Positions 48,297-59,399 of a DNA stretch of 64,000 bases are shown here, one piece after another. The notes below the pieces were generated by a model. That model was not told where the DNA came from. It saw only the letters and a program-made list of their open reading frames with translations, and did not search any database. This DNA comes from Octopus vulgaris (Eukaryota). How positions within the stretch are numbered: position 1 is the first letter of the stretch; every line of letters begins with the position of its first letter. Where the stretch lies: assembly GCA_951406725.2 (NCBI GenBank), contig OX597830.1, positions 3,224,001 through 3,288,000 of the forward strand, read 5' to 3'. The position numbers were made by a program, and so were the translations under genes.

Positions 48297-48672
48297 TACA
48301 GTGATACGTCGCAGTATGAGTTCAATTCATTCCATGACTGAACTCATTTTACGTTTTACTCATTTTAAAAATCTTTTTCCACATTGAAATTAACTAAAAT
48401 ACAATTAATCCATTCCAGCCCAGAAAAACCACTCAAAAAATAATTAAAACAAAAAAAGTGTAGTTACAAGTAAAATGACAATTACGAAAAAAGAGAATTC
48501 AAAAGAAATATGTAAACTGGTTTTATTAACTGAATTACCTGAAAGATGGGGTGATTTGTGTGGTCATACTGCGGATTTCTGCTTGTACTTGAAGACAAAA
48601 ATTCACACGAGTCTCGGCTCATACAGCAAATTACTCATAAAATGGGGAACTCGTACTGCAAGGTTTTACTGT
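48297..48672. mobile_element. Tigger/pogo-like MITE
   Basis: Left end TA-CAGTgatacgtcgcagtatgagttc vs reverse complement of the right end acagtaaaaccttgcagtacgagttc. CAGT termini are typical of pogo/Tigger. Confidence 0.65.
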
Positions 48673-49000
48673 TCTTTGACAAAAAACAATGAGAAAGTTG
48701 AGCTGGATTTTATAAATTATCCTAATTTGGTTGTACAGAGACAATATGTGAAATAGTGTCTAAAAGTTAAATGAGGATATCGACTGGGTGAAGATACGGG
48801 TTTGTGGTTAAGGAAATTGCATTGAAACAATGGGGTTCTGGGATCAATACCACTGTGAACCAATTGAAGAATGAAGTCTTGTTTACAGTAAGCATTGGTT
48901 GGCCAATGCCTAATAAATGGAATTCGGTTGTCAAATTATGTGGAAATGTGTCATACATATCTATACATATATTTATGTATGATGTGTTTATATATATATG

Positions 49001-49032
<32 letters not shown>

Positions 49033-49614
49033 CATACATACAAATATATATATATATATATTTATATGTGTGTGTGTGTGAAGGCGCATGGCTCAGTGGT
49101 CAGAGGATTGAGCTTACAATCGTGCAGTTATAAGTTCGAATCCCGGACCAGGTTGCATGTTGTGTTCTTGAGCAAGAAGTAAAAAGTAAAAATACTGGGC
49201 ATTACAGAACATAAAATGATAACAGTTAACCATAATTTATTATCGGTAATTTCCTAATCGATTATCATAAATTAATTGAGGGCCCTTCAATACTGTAAAA
49301 ATAAACTCATAAAACTGGGAGGCACACATGAAAATAGGAAAAGTCAAGGCCAATACAATTCTGCAAAACAAGCATAAAAGTCGGTGTAGTTTACTGCCCA
49401 ACACATCCACACTGCGGAACAGCTATTTTAACAAGTTGTATTTATTTATCACCCGACGAGATACACATCTGCATCACCGGATGCTCCTGAAACAGTTGCT
49501 GAGTGTCCCACCCAAGATGAATCGATGATGGATGTGGGAAAACAATTGTCATGATTAATAATAAAGTCTCGTATCTTCTGTCTTTCATTTGCTATATATA
49601 TATATTCAAAATTT

Positions 49615-49813
49615 GACCGCGTGTGTATCATTGGCAATTTTTTTCCTCCATCGACCCTCCTTGGATCTTTCCTTTTCCAATGTTTCTGAAGAAGAGCTCT
49701 GCTCAAAACATTAAACCCTCCTTCTTTCCTTCTTTCCTGAGCATCCAATAACACTATACTTGTTCCATATCCTCGCGTTGTTGTGTTTTCTCTTTTTGTT
49801 TTCATGTTTGGAT

Positions 49814-49817
<4 letters not shown>
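49615..49817 (+). mobile_element. Second copy of the ~200-bp hammerhead-bearing element
   Basis: Colinear with the reverse complement of 42345-42540; ends in (TA)n. Confidence 0.7.
49682..49716 (+). ncRNA. Hammerhead ribozyme motif, CpG-decayed
   Basis: GTTT-CTGAAGA-A-GAGC-TCT-GCTC-AAAAC-ATT-AAAC. Stem I is GTTT/AAAC (vs ATTT/AAAT in the other copy). Two G>A changes at CpGs break the GAAA box and stem III. Confidence 0.55.
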
Positions 49818-49855
<38 letters not shown>

Positions 49856-50774
49856 ATACACACAAACACATATGTATATAATTGATCCCATAAGGATGAA
49901 AGGCAAAAGCAGCTATAAGATGTGGTGGATTCATACTTGTGTGACTGAGTAACACTTTACAGTTTCATCAGAGCCTCACACATGAAGTGCAAATTATGTG
50001 GAAAGACCAAAACATTTAAGTATATATACAAGATTGCATTAGCAATGAAAAAGCAAATCTGTCGGGGAAGAGATCCAGGGCGTCCTCCTACAATTAGAAT
50101 AAGATTAATTCTTGGACATGTATAATGCTGGGTATATGCAGATGTAGAAAAAGAGGGAACAGATTTATTCTTTCTTATTGTGGAAACAGTTAATAACCCA
50201 ATCAAGTTCATAAAATAATTGCTTATTCCTTTATCCTCTCTTCTCTGATATATTGTTGGTATCCAGGCCAGCATGGAAAACAGATGATGACATAACTTAG
50301 CAATTTGGCAAAGAGACTGGTAAAATAAGTACCTGGCTTTAAAAAGAACTTCTGTCAATTTGCTTGACTAAAATTCTTCAAGGCAAGGCCACAGTCAAAT
50401 AACTGAAACACATGAAAAAAAATAATAAAAGAACATATATATCAAATGTATGTGTTAAAAAACTATTCCAACATACAATACCAGCCATACCCACAATCCA
50501 ACATACCTCCATCATCAGCTGCCCTACGGATATCATTATGGTTTTGACACCTGGGCGGTACCATTCAATCTGGTGGTGTCAACAGCACTAAAATAAATAA
50601 GCGTTGTTTGGGAACATACCTTAGACATCACCACATTCATTCTTTCTCAATTCTAGGAAGGATTAAACACTAACATTATCAATTAAACTACAACAAAGAA
50701 ACACATTTACCCTGTGTACTAAAATAGTATTAGTAAATAAATTTAATAAGTACAAACATATATACATAAATACA

Positions 50775-51146
50775 GGCATAGGATTGGCTGTGTGGTAAGT
50801 AGCTAGCTTACCAACCACATGGTTTCGAGTTCAGTCCCACTGCATGGCACCTTGGGCAAGTGTCTTCTACTATAGCCTCAGGCCGTCCAAAGCCTTGTGA
50901 ATGGATTTGGTTGACAGAAACTGAAAGAGGTCTGTCGTATATATGTGTGTGTATGTATGTGTTTGTGTGTCTGTGTTTGTCTCCCCAGCATCGCTTGACA
51001 ACCGATGCTGGTGTGTTTACGTCCCTGTAACCTAGCGGTTTGGCAAAAGAGAATGATACAATAAGTACTAGTCGATTTGCTCGACTAAAGGTGGTGCTCC
51101 AGCATGGCCACAGTCAAATGACTGAAGCAAGTAAAAGAGTAAAGAG
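50775..51146 (+). mobile_element. SINE family A, full-length, best-preserved copy
   Basis: tggctgtgtggtaagt (box A-like), gagttcagtccc (box B-like), ggcaccttgggcaagtgtcttctac (resembles the CORE-SINE motif ccttgggcaagt), (GT)n linker and gtaaaaga/gtaaaga repeat tail. Confidence 0.87.
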
Positions 51147-51277
51147 TAAGTAAACCTGTAACTAACTCCAAAAATATCTCACTAAATAGCAGCCTAGCCA
51201 TTGAAGTCCATATTGATAATATATGTATTTATGTATGTATGTACATATGTATATATGAACGTATGTATGTATATATT

Positions 51278-52096
51278 CAGAACGCTTGGCTCAATTTGAT
51301 TGTTTGCATAAATGGAAAAGAAAACACAATATGCCATCCAAAAACCAATCAGATTTTGGTTGGGAGATAACAGCTGACTCAAAGTAGCTGCCCTTAGCTT
51401 CAACCATGGTCTCAAGGCAGCTCCAGAACCTGGTGCATGCATTAATCAGTGTTCCTGGGAAGATATTCGAACAGCCCCTTGATCCTGGTCACCAGCTCAG
51501 ACAGAGTGGTTGGTGTCTTCTCAGTTGTACCCCACACATCGTAATCCATGGGATTACCATCAGAGAAATTAGGGAGCCTGAAATAATTGGGTCTCGTAAA
51601 GTTATAGAAATTCTCTGACAACCACTGCTGACTTTTTCCAGAGGTGTGCTAAGGACTCGAACCCTGCTGACACACATATAGCTTTCAAGCAGCAGACTTA
51701 TGCAGCTAGGGTTTAACCACAGACCCCAGCAGCTTCTCAAAGCCATCTGAATTGGAACTAAGGACCTGTACAACACTTATTGGATGAATTCAGCATACAG
51801 ATGCAATGAGAACACCTTCTGTGTCCCTTCTTCTAGTTATGGCTTCATAGTCTCGTACTGCCTTCAAAGTCTTTACAGAGCATTGAGCAGCAGCAGTCAT
51901 GGTTTCAACATTTTGATACCTGACACAAATCACCATGACACAACTCTTTTCCAACATTCAGATTGTCTCCAGTCTTCCATGACAACTAACTTTCCTTCAA
52001 CTTCAACTTTAATACTCTCCAATGCTTTTGACAGTTCACCAAAATATCCTGAAAAAAGGAGACAAAAGTTGCGAAATTCAGCCAGAACTCCCTGCA
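51278..52096 (-). mobile_element. Internally deleted Tc1/mariner (maT/DD37D-like) relic
   Basis: Minus-strand frames give NSDGFEKLLGSVVKP*L...YVCQQGSSP*HTSGKSQQWLSENFY and an NPMDYDVWG-like motif. The ends begin CAG... with weak TIR similarity. Confidence 0.65.
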
Positions 52097-52884
52097 TGTA
52101 TGCATGTGTGCATGCATGTATGTTTGTGTGTATGTATGTATTCATGTATACATTATACATAAGATACAAAACAGAGAATTATCTTTGACATCACGTGTTT
52201 GGCTGTTTTATAATATTAGCGTGTTTCATTATCTTAATTCTATTTTACTACATACCAAAGTTTTCTTGTGTGTTGTTTAAATTACCAGGAAATATTCACA
52301 GAATTATTATTTGAATGTCTGTTCACACTTTGTAACATTTGTTCTGTCTCAAACTATTTTCAAGTATCAGATCACTGCTCTGTAGTTTTATTTTATCGAC
52401 GTAATAACTAATGTTTGTTAATTATACATAATAATGATTTTTATGAGGTTTCATATATTGAATTTATTATTGGCAATATTTTACATATGGTGAAGGTTTT
52501 GCATAATTATTTCAAGTTAACATTTTAATGGTGCTTGCATTAAATGTGTTAAGACTCATACTGAAATATTTTACTTAGCAATGATTTGCAGCATGGTTAA
52601 GAAGCTGGTTTTGCAAGAATGTGGTTCCAAGTTTGAACCCCTTTCTGCTGTTCTTTGGGCAAGTTTCTTCTGGTTGAGCAGCTTAGCAATTCAGGAAAAG
52701 AGACCAACAGATTTATACCAGACTTTACAAAAAATAATATATGCAGGGGTCAAATCATTTGACTAAAATTCTTCAAGGTGGTGCCCCAGCATGGCCGTAG
52801 TCTAATGACTGAAATTAGGAAAACAGAACAGCTAAATGAGATACCCTCATTATTCTAACATCTACTTTTCCATGCTTGTCGAAA

Positions 52885-53232
52885 ATTCCTTCGAGTACGT
52901 AACAACTAACAACAGAAATGGGCAAGAAAACTGTCCCTCACCCTCCCTACCGTCCAGACCTTGCCCCCTGTTACTTTTGCTTGTTCCCTAAGCTGAAGAT
53001 GGACTTCAGAGGCAATAGATTTGAAGACATTGAGAAGATGGAGGCTGTGATGACAAGGGTCCTGGACACGTTCACTTTGGAGGATGTCCTCGGGGCCTTC
53101 ACAAAGTGGTTGGGGCACTACAAGAAACTGCATTGAACTCAGTAGATCCCACTCTGAAGGGAAGTTTTGTAATTCTTTGAAATAAATGTCTTCTCTGAAA
53201 AAGTCTCAATACTTCTGGAATGAACCTTACAT
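52885..53232 (+). mobile_element. mariner 3' fragment (transposase C-terminus)
   Basis: VPHPPYRPDLAPCYFCLFPKLK...GNRFEDIE matches the mariner HPPYSPDLAP.DF.LF motif. Confidence 0.85.
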
Positions 53233-53451
53233 CAATATATATATATATATATATATATATATGGAAAGAGAGAGTGAGACTGTATTTTAACATGCATAAG
53301 GAACCCCCTAATCTTTTGGGGCTTAAAATTTGGAAACTTGATTTTGTAAGGGATTATAATACTATCCATGTATAAGAAACTCACAATTTTTCACAAAAAA
53401 AGGTTCCTTATACATGTTAAAATATGGTATATATATATATATATATATTCA

Positions 53452-53672
53452 TATGAGGGAGTACTGAAAAGTTCATGTCTTTGTGTAAAAGGAAATACAA
53501 GAGGATCAGTTAATTATGATTTTATTAAACATATTCCCCTCTCAAATTCAAACACTTATTGCAGTGGTCCTTCAGTTTTTCTAAGCCCTGTAAAAGAACT
53601 TGGAAGATTGGGCTTCCAACCAGGCCTTTTGCAATGCCCTTAAAGCCAGGAACTTTTCAGCATCTCCTTATA
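53452..53672. mobile_element. mariner-derived MITE (~220 bp); a half copy lies at 57834-57910
   Basis: tatgagggagtactgaaaagttcatgtcttt vs reverse complement of the right end tataaggagatgctgaaaagttcctggcttt; TA at both ends. Confidence 0.75.
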
Positions 53673-53989
53673 GATATGTATTATATACAGCAGGCTTCTT
53701 TCAGTTTTCCACCTACTAAATCAGGTTCTCATAAGGTTTTGGTTGCACTGAGGTGACAGTAATATTGCTTTGAATCATACTTTAGGATTGGATCTTTTTA
53801 TTCCACAAATATATTGGGATTGACTGTTATCAGGTTAAACATAACTGTAAATTAAAAACATGAAATATGTATTACATTATCCAGAAAGAGTAAACTTACA
53901 AGACAAAACCTTAAAATTAATAAGAAGAGACTTCAGTAATATAATAAAGATGTAGCATAAAATTGTATATTTAATATATATTACAGAAT

Positions 53990-54395
53990 AAGGCAGTGAG
54001 CTGGCAGAAACGTTAGCATGCCAAGCAAAGTGCGTAGCCGTATTTCATCTGCTATTACGTTCTGAGTTCAAATTCCACCGAGGTCGACTTTGCCTTTCAT
54101 CCTTTCGGGGTCGATAAATTAAGTACCAGTTATGCACTGGAACTGATGTAATCGACTTAATCCGTTTGTCTGTCCTTGTTTGTCCCCTCTTCTGTTTGGC
54201 TCCTTGTGGGTAGTAAAGAAATAAGTATTTCTTTTGTCTTTACGTTCCGAGTTCAAATTCCACCAAGGTCAACTTTATCTTTTAATCCTTTGGGGTCAAT
54301 AAATTAAGTACCAGTTGGGTACTGGGATTGCTCTAATCGGCTGCCCCCCCCCCTCCCCAAAAAACTTCGAACAAAGTGCTTAGAGTAGAAAAGAA
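53990..54395 (+). mobile_element. SINE family B, dimeric/best-preserved copy
   Basis: aaggcagtgagctggcagaaacgttag...gttctgagttcaaattccaccgaggtcgactttgcctttcatcctttcggggtcgataaattaagtaccag. This module repeats at ~54225-54320. Confidence 0.85.
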
Positions 54396-55050
54396 TATAT
54401 CTAGCAGATTGAATTGTTGTTTTATCAACAGTCATTCAGATGAACAAACAAGTTTTTTGGAATCCAAAACAAATAGGAGCATTAAATGGCTTATTGTTTT
54501 TGCATGAATATTTCATTAGACATTGGTAAGCATGAATTTGTGACTAGCAAATGCAAAAGTCACACCAATAGGAACTGGACAACATAGCCATACCAAGTGT
54601 TTCTGGTTGTACAACAGGATAACTGTAACCTCGTATAGCAGATGGTATGATGGTTTCAACCAAACTATTGGATGTTATTAGATGCCACTGGTCACATCGT
54701 TTGCATCATTTTAGCTTTTGAATGATACCACTCCACTGGCCAGCAGATTAACATTCCCCTCTGATCAGAAGACTAGTCCATTACAGGGTGACCCATTTCC
54801 AGATGAGTGGACTGGGGCAATGTGAAATGAAGTATTTTTAAGGAAGAACAAAATACACTGCCCAGTCTGGGAATCAAACTTTTGATTTAGTAATCCCGAG
54901 TGAGACACCCTAACCACTAGGCCACATGCCATCACATATTATACATATATATCTACATATACATAAAAATACATGCATATATATATATGCATAAAAATAT
55001 TCTTGAAATACTAAAGAGTATATTTATTCAATAAAATCGCCATTGGCTTC

Positions 55051-55621
55051 GACATTTGGAGACATGCTGTGATTGAGAAGACCCAGCAACTAAAGTGAGA
55101 TCGCAGCCATACATGTCCAGCCTGGTTAAGAGTACCCCTGATGCGTTCGGTGATATGTTATGCTTGAGAAGACCTGTTGAGTCAGGTAAAACCAATATCA
55201 TAGCTGTGGCCAGTACCCCCTGACTGACTTCCGTGTCGGTGGCACATAAAAAGCACCATCCAAATATGGTTGATGCCAGGTTTACCTGACTGGCTCCTGT
55301 GCCAGTGGCATGTAAAAAGTATCAACCGATTGTGGTCAATGCCAGTACCCCCTGACTGGTTCTTGTGCCAGTGGCATGTAATAAGCACCATCCAAACATG
55401 ACCAATACCAAATTCGCCTGACTAGCTCCTGTGTTGGTGGCACATAAAAAGCACCCACTACACTCTCAGAGTGGTTAGCGTTAGGAAGGGCTTCTACCTG
55501 TTGAAACATTGCCAGATCAGACTGGAGCCTGGTGCAGCCACTGGCTCTCTAGACCTCAGTCAAACCGTCCAACCCATGTCAGCATTGAAAACAGATGTTA
55601 AACAACAATGATGATGATGAT
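55051..55621 (+). mobile_element. RTE LINE 3' UTR fragment
   Basis: ORF-end remnant, about four ~60-bp subrepeats and a (GAT)n tail into TA repeats. Confidence 0.85.
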
Positions 55622-56099
55622 ATATATTTATATGCTGGGCAGAGTGGGTGGGAAATGGTGAAAGGGCCACTTCTGCCTTTCCTTCTTCCTCCATCCATCA
55701 GTAGTGTCACCACTGCACGATAGTGACTGATGATGATTGGTCTTAGGAAGGGCATCCACTGTAAAAAAAAACATGCTAAAACAGACACAGGGGTTTGGTG
55801 CAGTCTTCTGCCTGGCCAGCTCCTGTCCAACCCATGCCAGCATGGGAGGTGGATGCCAAATGGCGACGACAACGATGATGTTATAGATGATGTATGGTTG
55901 GTACAGGTTTGGAGATTCAGCTGAGAAGTTTGCTTTGAAACCACATGGTTTCAGGTTCGGGCCTACTGCACAGCAACAACAACAACTTGGCCAAGTGTCC
56001 ACTTCTATCGCTCTGGGTCACTCAATGATTTGTAAATGTATTTGGTAAAGGGAAACTGTGTGAAGTCCATCATTTATAACACACACATATATGTGCGTG

Positions 56100-56131
56100 T
56101 GTGCGTGTGTTTGCAAGTTTATGTCTGAATG

Positions 56132-56162
<31 letters not shown>

Positions 56163-56277
56163 ATATGTTTGTGCTTGTGTATGTGTATGTGTGTGTGTGT
56201 GCATGTGTTTGCAAATTTATGTCTGAATTTATATATTTGTGTTTGCATGTGTGTGTTTGCAAATTTATGCATGAATG

Positions 56278-56310
<33 letters not shown>

Positions 56311-56425
56311 ATATGTTTGTGCTTGTGTATGTGTATGTGTGTGTGTGTGCATGTGTTTGCAAATTTATGTCTGAATTTATATATTTGTGTTTGCATGTGT
56401 GTGTTTGCAAATTTATGCATGAATG

Positions 56426-56456
<31 letters not shown>

Positions 56457-56590
56457 ATATGTTTGTGCTTGTGTATGTGTATGTGTGTGTGTGTGCATGT
56501 GTTTGCAAATTTATGTCTTTATTTATATATTTGTGTTTGCATGTGTGTGTTTGCAAATTTATGCATGAATGTATATATATATGTGTGTGC
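56100..56590 (+). repeat. Tandem minisatellite, ~146-148-bp unit x ~3.3, built from (GT)n/(AT)n
   Basis: The unit marker gtctgaattt/gtctttattt recurs at 56221, 56369 and 56515; copies differ mainly in (GT)n length. Confidence 0.9.
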
Positions 56591-57374
56591 ATGTGTGCAT
56601 GCACGTGTGTGTGTGTAAGTGTCTTTGTGTGTGCAAATAGATGTAAATATTGATATTTCCCTTGTCACTGTTTCCACCATTTAAGTGAAGTGTTGGTGCT
56701 GGTGTCTTCATTCCTTATTGACATTATAACAGTTTGCTGTATGTATTTAGAAACCATAAACTGGAAAACAATGAAGGGTTGTTGAGAGGATGAGCATCCA
56801 GCTGCAAAAACCTGCCCGAAAATAAATTCCCATCCAAGCCATGCTAACAAAGAAAAGTAGAAATTAAACAAACAAACATGCTGTGAGTCTCTCCAGTTCC
56901 TGTTTGGTGCAATATCTACTGTTAGTTGACATTAAAATCGCAGCAGTAATTTGTAAAATAGCTACAGCAAAATCAAAAACTCACTTTTAGTTTTTGGATT
57001 TTATTTTTTCCCAATGAAGTACATTTATTTTTATAACCTTCACAGCTGTACGAAACTCTGTTACTTGGCATTAAAATGGTAAATTCTTTAATATATCATT
57101 CATGTTTTCATGATTCTGTCACCAACAGCGGTAGTTAAATGCCACTAATGTCTTCATTCAAAGAGATTTTCATCCCAATCTGCAATTCTTATTTATGAAG
57201 CTGCAATAATGATAGCAAATATGGTAAATATGAGAAGAGCCTTAAATTTCTGATTTTCATTACAATGATGATGTTTAAAATATATTTTTTTATATGTGTA
57301 TATAAACTTAGTTTTTGCACATAAAGTGAGCATAAAATTTTCCCAAAATTATTTAATATCTATGATAGTTGTGA

Positions 57375-57448
<74 letters not shown>

Positions 57449-57477
57449 GTATATATATATATATAATTTTATATATG

Positions 57478-57509
<32 letters not shown>

Positions 57510-57538
57510 AATATATATACATACATATATGTATATAT

Positions 57539-57704
57539 ATCATCATCATCATCATCATCGTTTAACGTCCGTTCTCCATGCTAGCATGGGTTGGACGGTT
57601 CGACCGGGGTTCTGGGAAGCCAGAAGGCTGCACCAGGCTCCAGTCTAATCTGGCAATGTTTCTACAGCTGGATGCCCTTCCTAACGCCAACCACTCCGTG
57701 AGTG
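57539..57704 (-). mobile_element. RTE terminal 165-bp tail inserted in (TA)n
   Basis: Near-identical to 35715-35875; (TA)n/(TATG)n on both sides. Confidence 0.88.
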
Positions 57705-57741
57705 TATGTATATATATGTGTATGTATATATATATATATAG

Positions 57742-57743
<2 letters not shown>

Positions 57744-57815
<72 letters not shown>
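57744..57815 (+). repeat. (GATA)n microsatellite
   Basis: Direct reading of the sequence. Confidence 0.95.
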
Positions 57816-57816
<1 letters not shown>

Positions 57817-58062
57817 CAGACAGGTAGATAGATACAAGAGGGTGCTTAAAAGTTTCTGGCTTTAAGGTTATTGCAAAAAGCCTAGCTGGAGGCCCAACAT
57901 TCTGAGTTCTCTCTCCCTGGTGAAGAAATTCTCAATATCAAGATATCCTTAGCCTGAAGTGTAGCTGGCAGTATACATTTCACTTGGAGTTTACCACTTC
58001 TGAGGTTCCACTCACTATGAGACATATGTAGCCAGGATTTTTCCTACTTCATCCATAACTCT

Positions 58063-58096
<34 letters not shown>

Positions 58097-58355
58097 AATG
58101 GGTGTGTGTATTTTTCCCTTGTTTACAATTAACACGGAAAAAATAGATAAACAGTTATCAGGGTAGCAAAAAATCACACAAGAATAAGGACATAACACCC
58201 TGGTTGATGTGAAATGTTTTGTATAATATATATAAATAAATAAATGGAGTTACCAAGACCAAATGCCGAGAAAAACGATTGAAGGTGGTCCTCCTTCATC
58301 AGGACAATGCTTCACAACATAAGTCCTTTTCAGCTGACTCTCATAATAATAAAAA

Positions 58356-58371
58356 TTATTATTATTATTAT

Positions 58372-58410
<39 letters not shown>

Positions 58411-58414
58411 CAGT

Positions 58415-58469
<55 letters not shown>
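58356..58469 (+). repeat. (TAT)n-(TAG)n-(CAG)n-(TAG)n compound microsatellite
   Basis: Direct reading of the sequence. Confidence 0.95.
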
Positions 58470-58776
58470 TACCTGTGTTTGCTTTGATATTAAAATTGAA
58501 AAATCTACCTTGTTTGTAAAAAACTTTTGGAGCCAGGTTTTCACCCCCGAAGCAAGTTCCATTCCTGGGCCACTGGCAGTAGCATGTTTTGAGCATTTGT
58601 GTTATATTCTCCACTGCTTCCTGTGGAAAGTGTTTTGTCTCAATGCATCAGAAAAAGTGTATTCTTTCTCTCTCATCCTCTCACTCTCTTCCTTTGTACC
58701 ATTCCTTTCCTCCACTCTCCCCTCTCTTTCTATGTCTATACACACACACACATACACACATACACACATATATATA

Positions 58777-59399
58777 TGGATGGGTAATGTCAGTTTGCAT
58801 GTACAACAGAATGTAAGTGATTTGAGAGAGAAACTGGGCACATGTAGCATCAGATGTAGTGTGCAAGAGAGAAGACTGCCCTGGTGCAGCTGTGCAATGT
58901 GTATGAATGAATACAGCTGCATCAAGAAGTGTTGATCTCTAATTGTAGAGAGGACACGTGGAAAGAGTAGACCCAGGAAGACGTGCAACGAAGTGGTAAG
59001 AAAGGACCTACAGACGTTGGAACTCACAGAGGGGATGACAGGTGACCTAGACTCCTGGTAGTTTGCTGTGCTTGAAAAGACATGCCAAGCTATGGAAATG
59101 CATGGTTGTCTTTGCATACAGGCTTGTCCCCTGCATCTCTCTCCAACTGAGCATTCCTCACCTTGTGGATTCATAGGTGTTGATGCCATGTAAAAAGTGC
59201 CAAATGCACCTGGGCTGGAGCTGTGTAAGAACACCTGTAAATGGTTGGCATTAAGAAGGGCATCCAGCCAAAGAAACCAGCAGAGCCTGGGCAGCTCTTC
59301 AGCTGGTGAACTCCTGTCAAATCGTTCAACCTATGCCTGCAGGGAAAATGGACATTAAACGATGATGATGAGGATGATGACGACGACAATGATGACGAT
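58777..59399 (+). mobile_element. Older RTE 3' fragment
   Basis: WMGNVSLH..QNVSDLREKLG..SIRCSVQERRL.W, RPRKT, decayed UTR and (GAT/GAC)n tail. Confidence 0.8.

Noticed and set aside
50540-50592. Another hammerhead-like motif on the minus strand (CTGTTGA-CACC...GGTG-TC-AAAAC)
   Set aside because: Both catalytic boxes are mutated and no convincing stem I or III is present.
58270-58310. CTGATGA box on the minus strand near 58295-58301
   Set aside because: No GAAA box follows the putative stem II.
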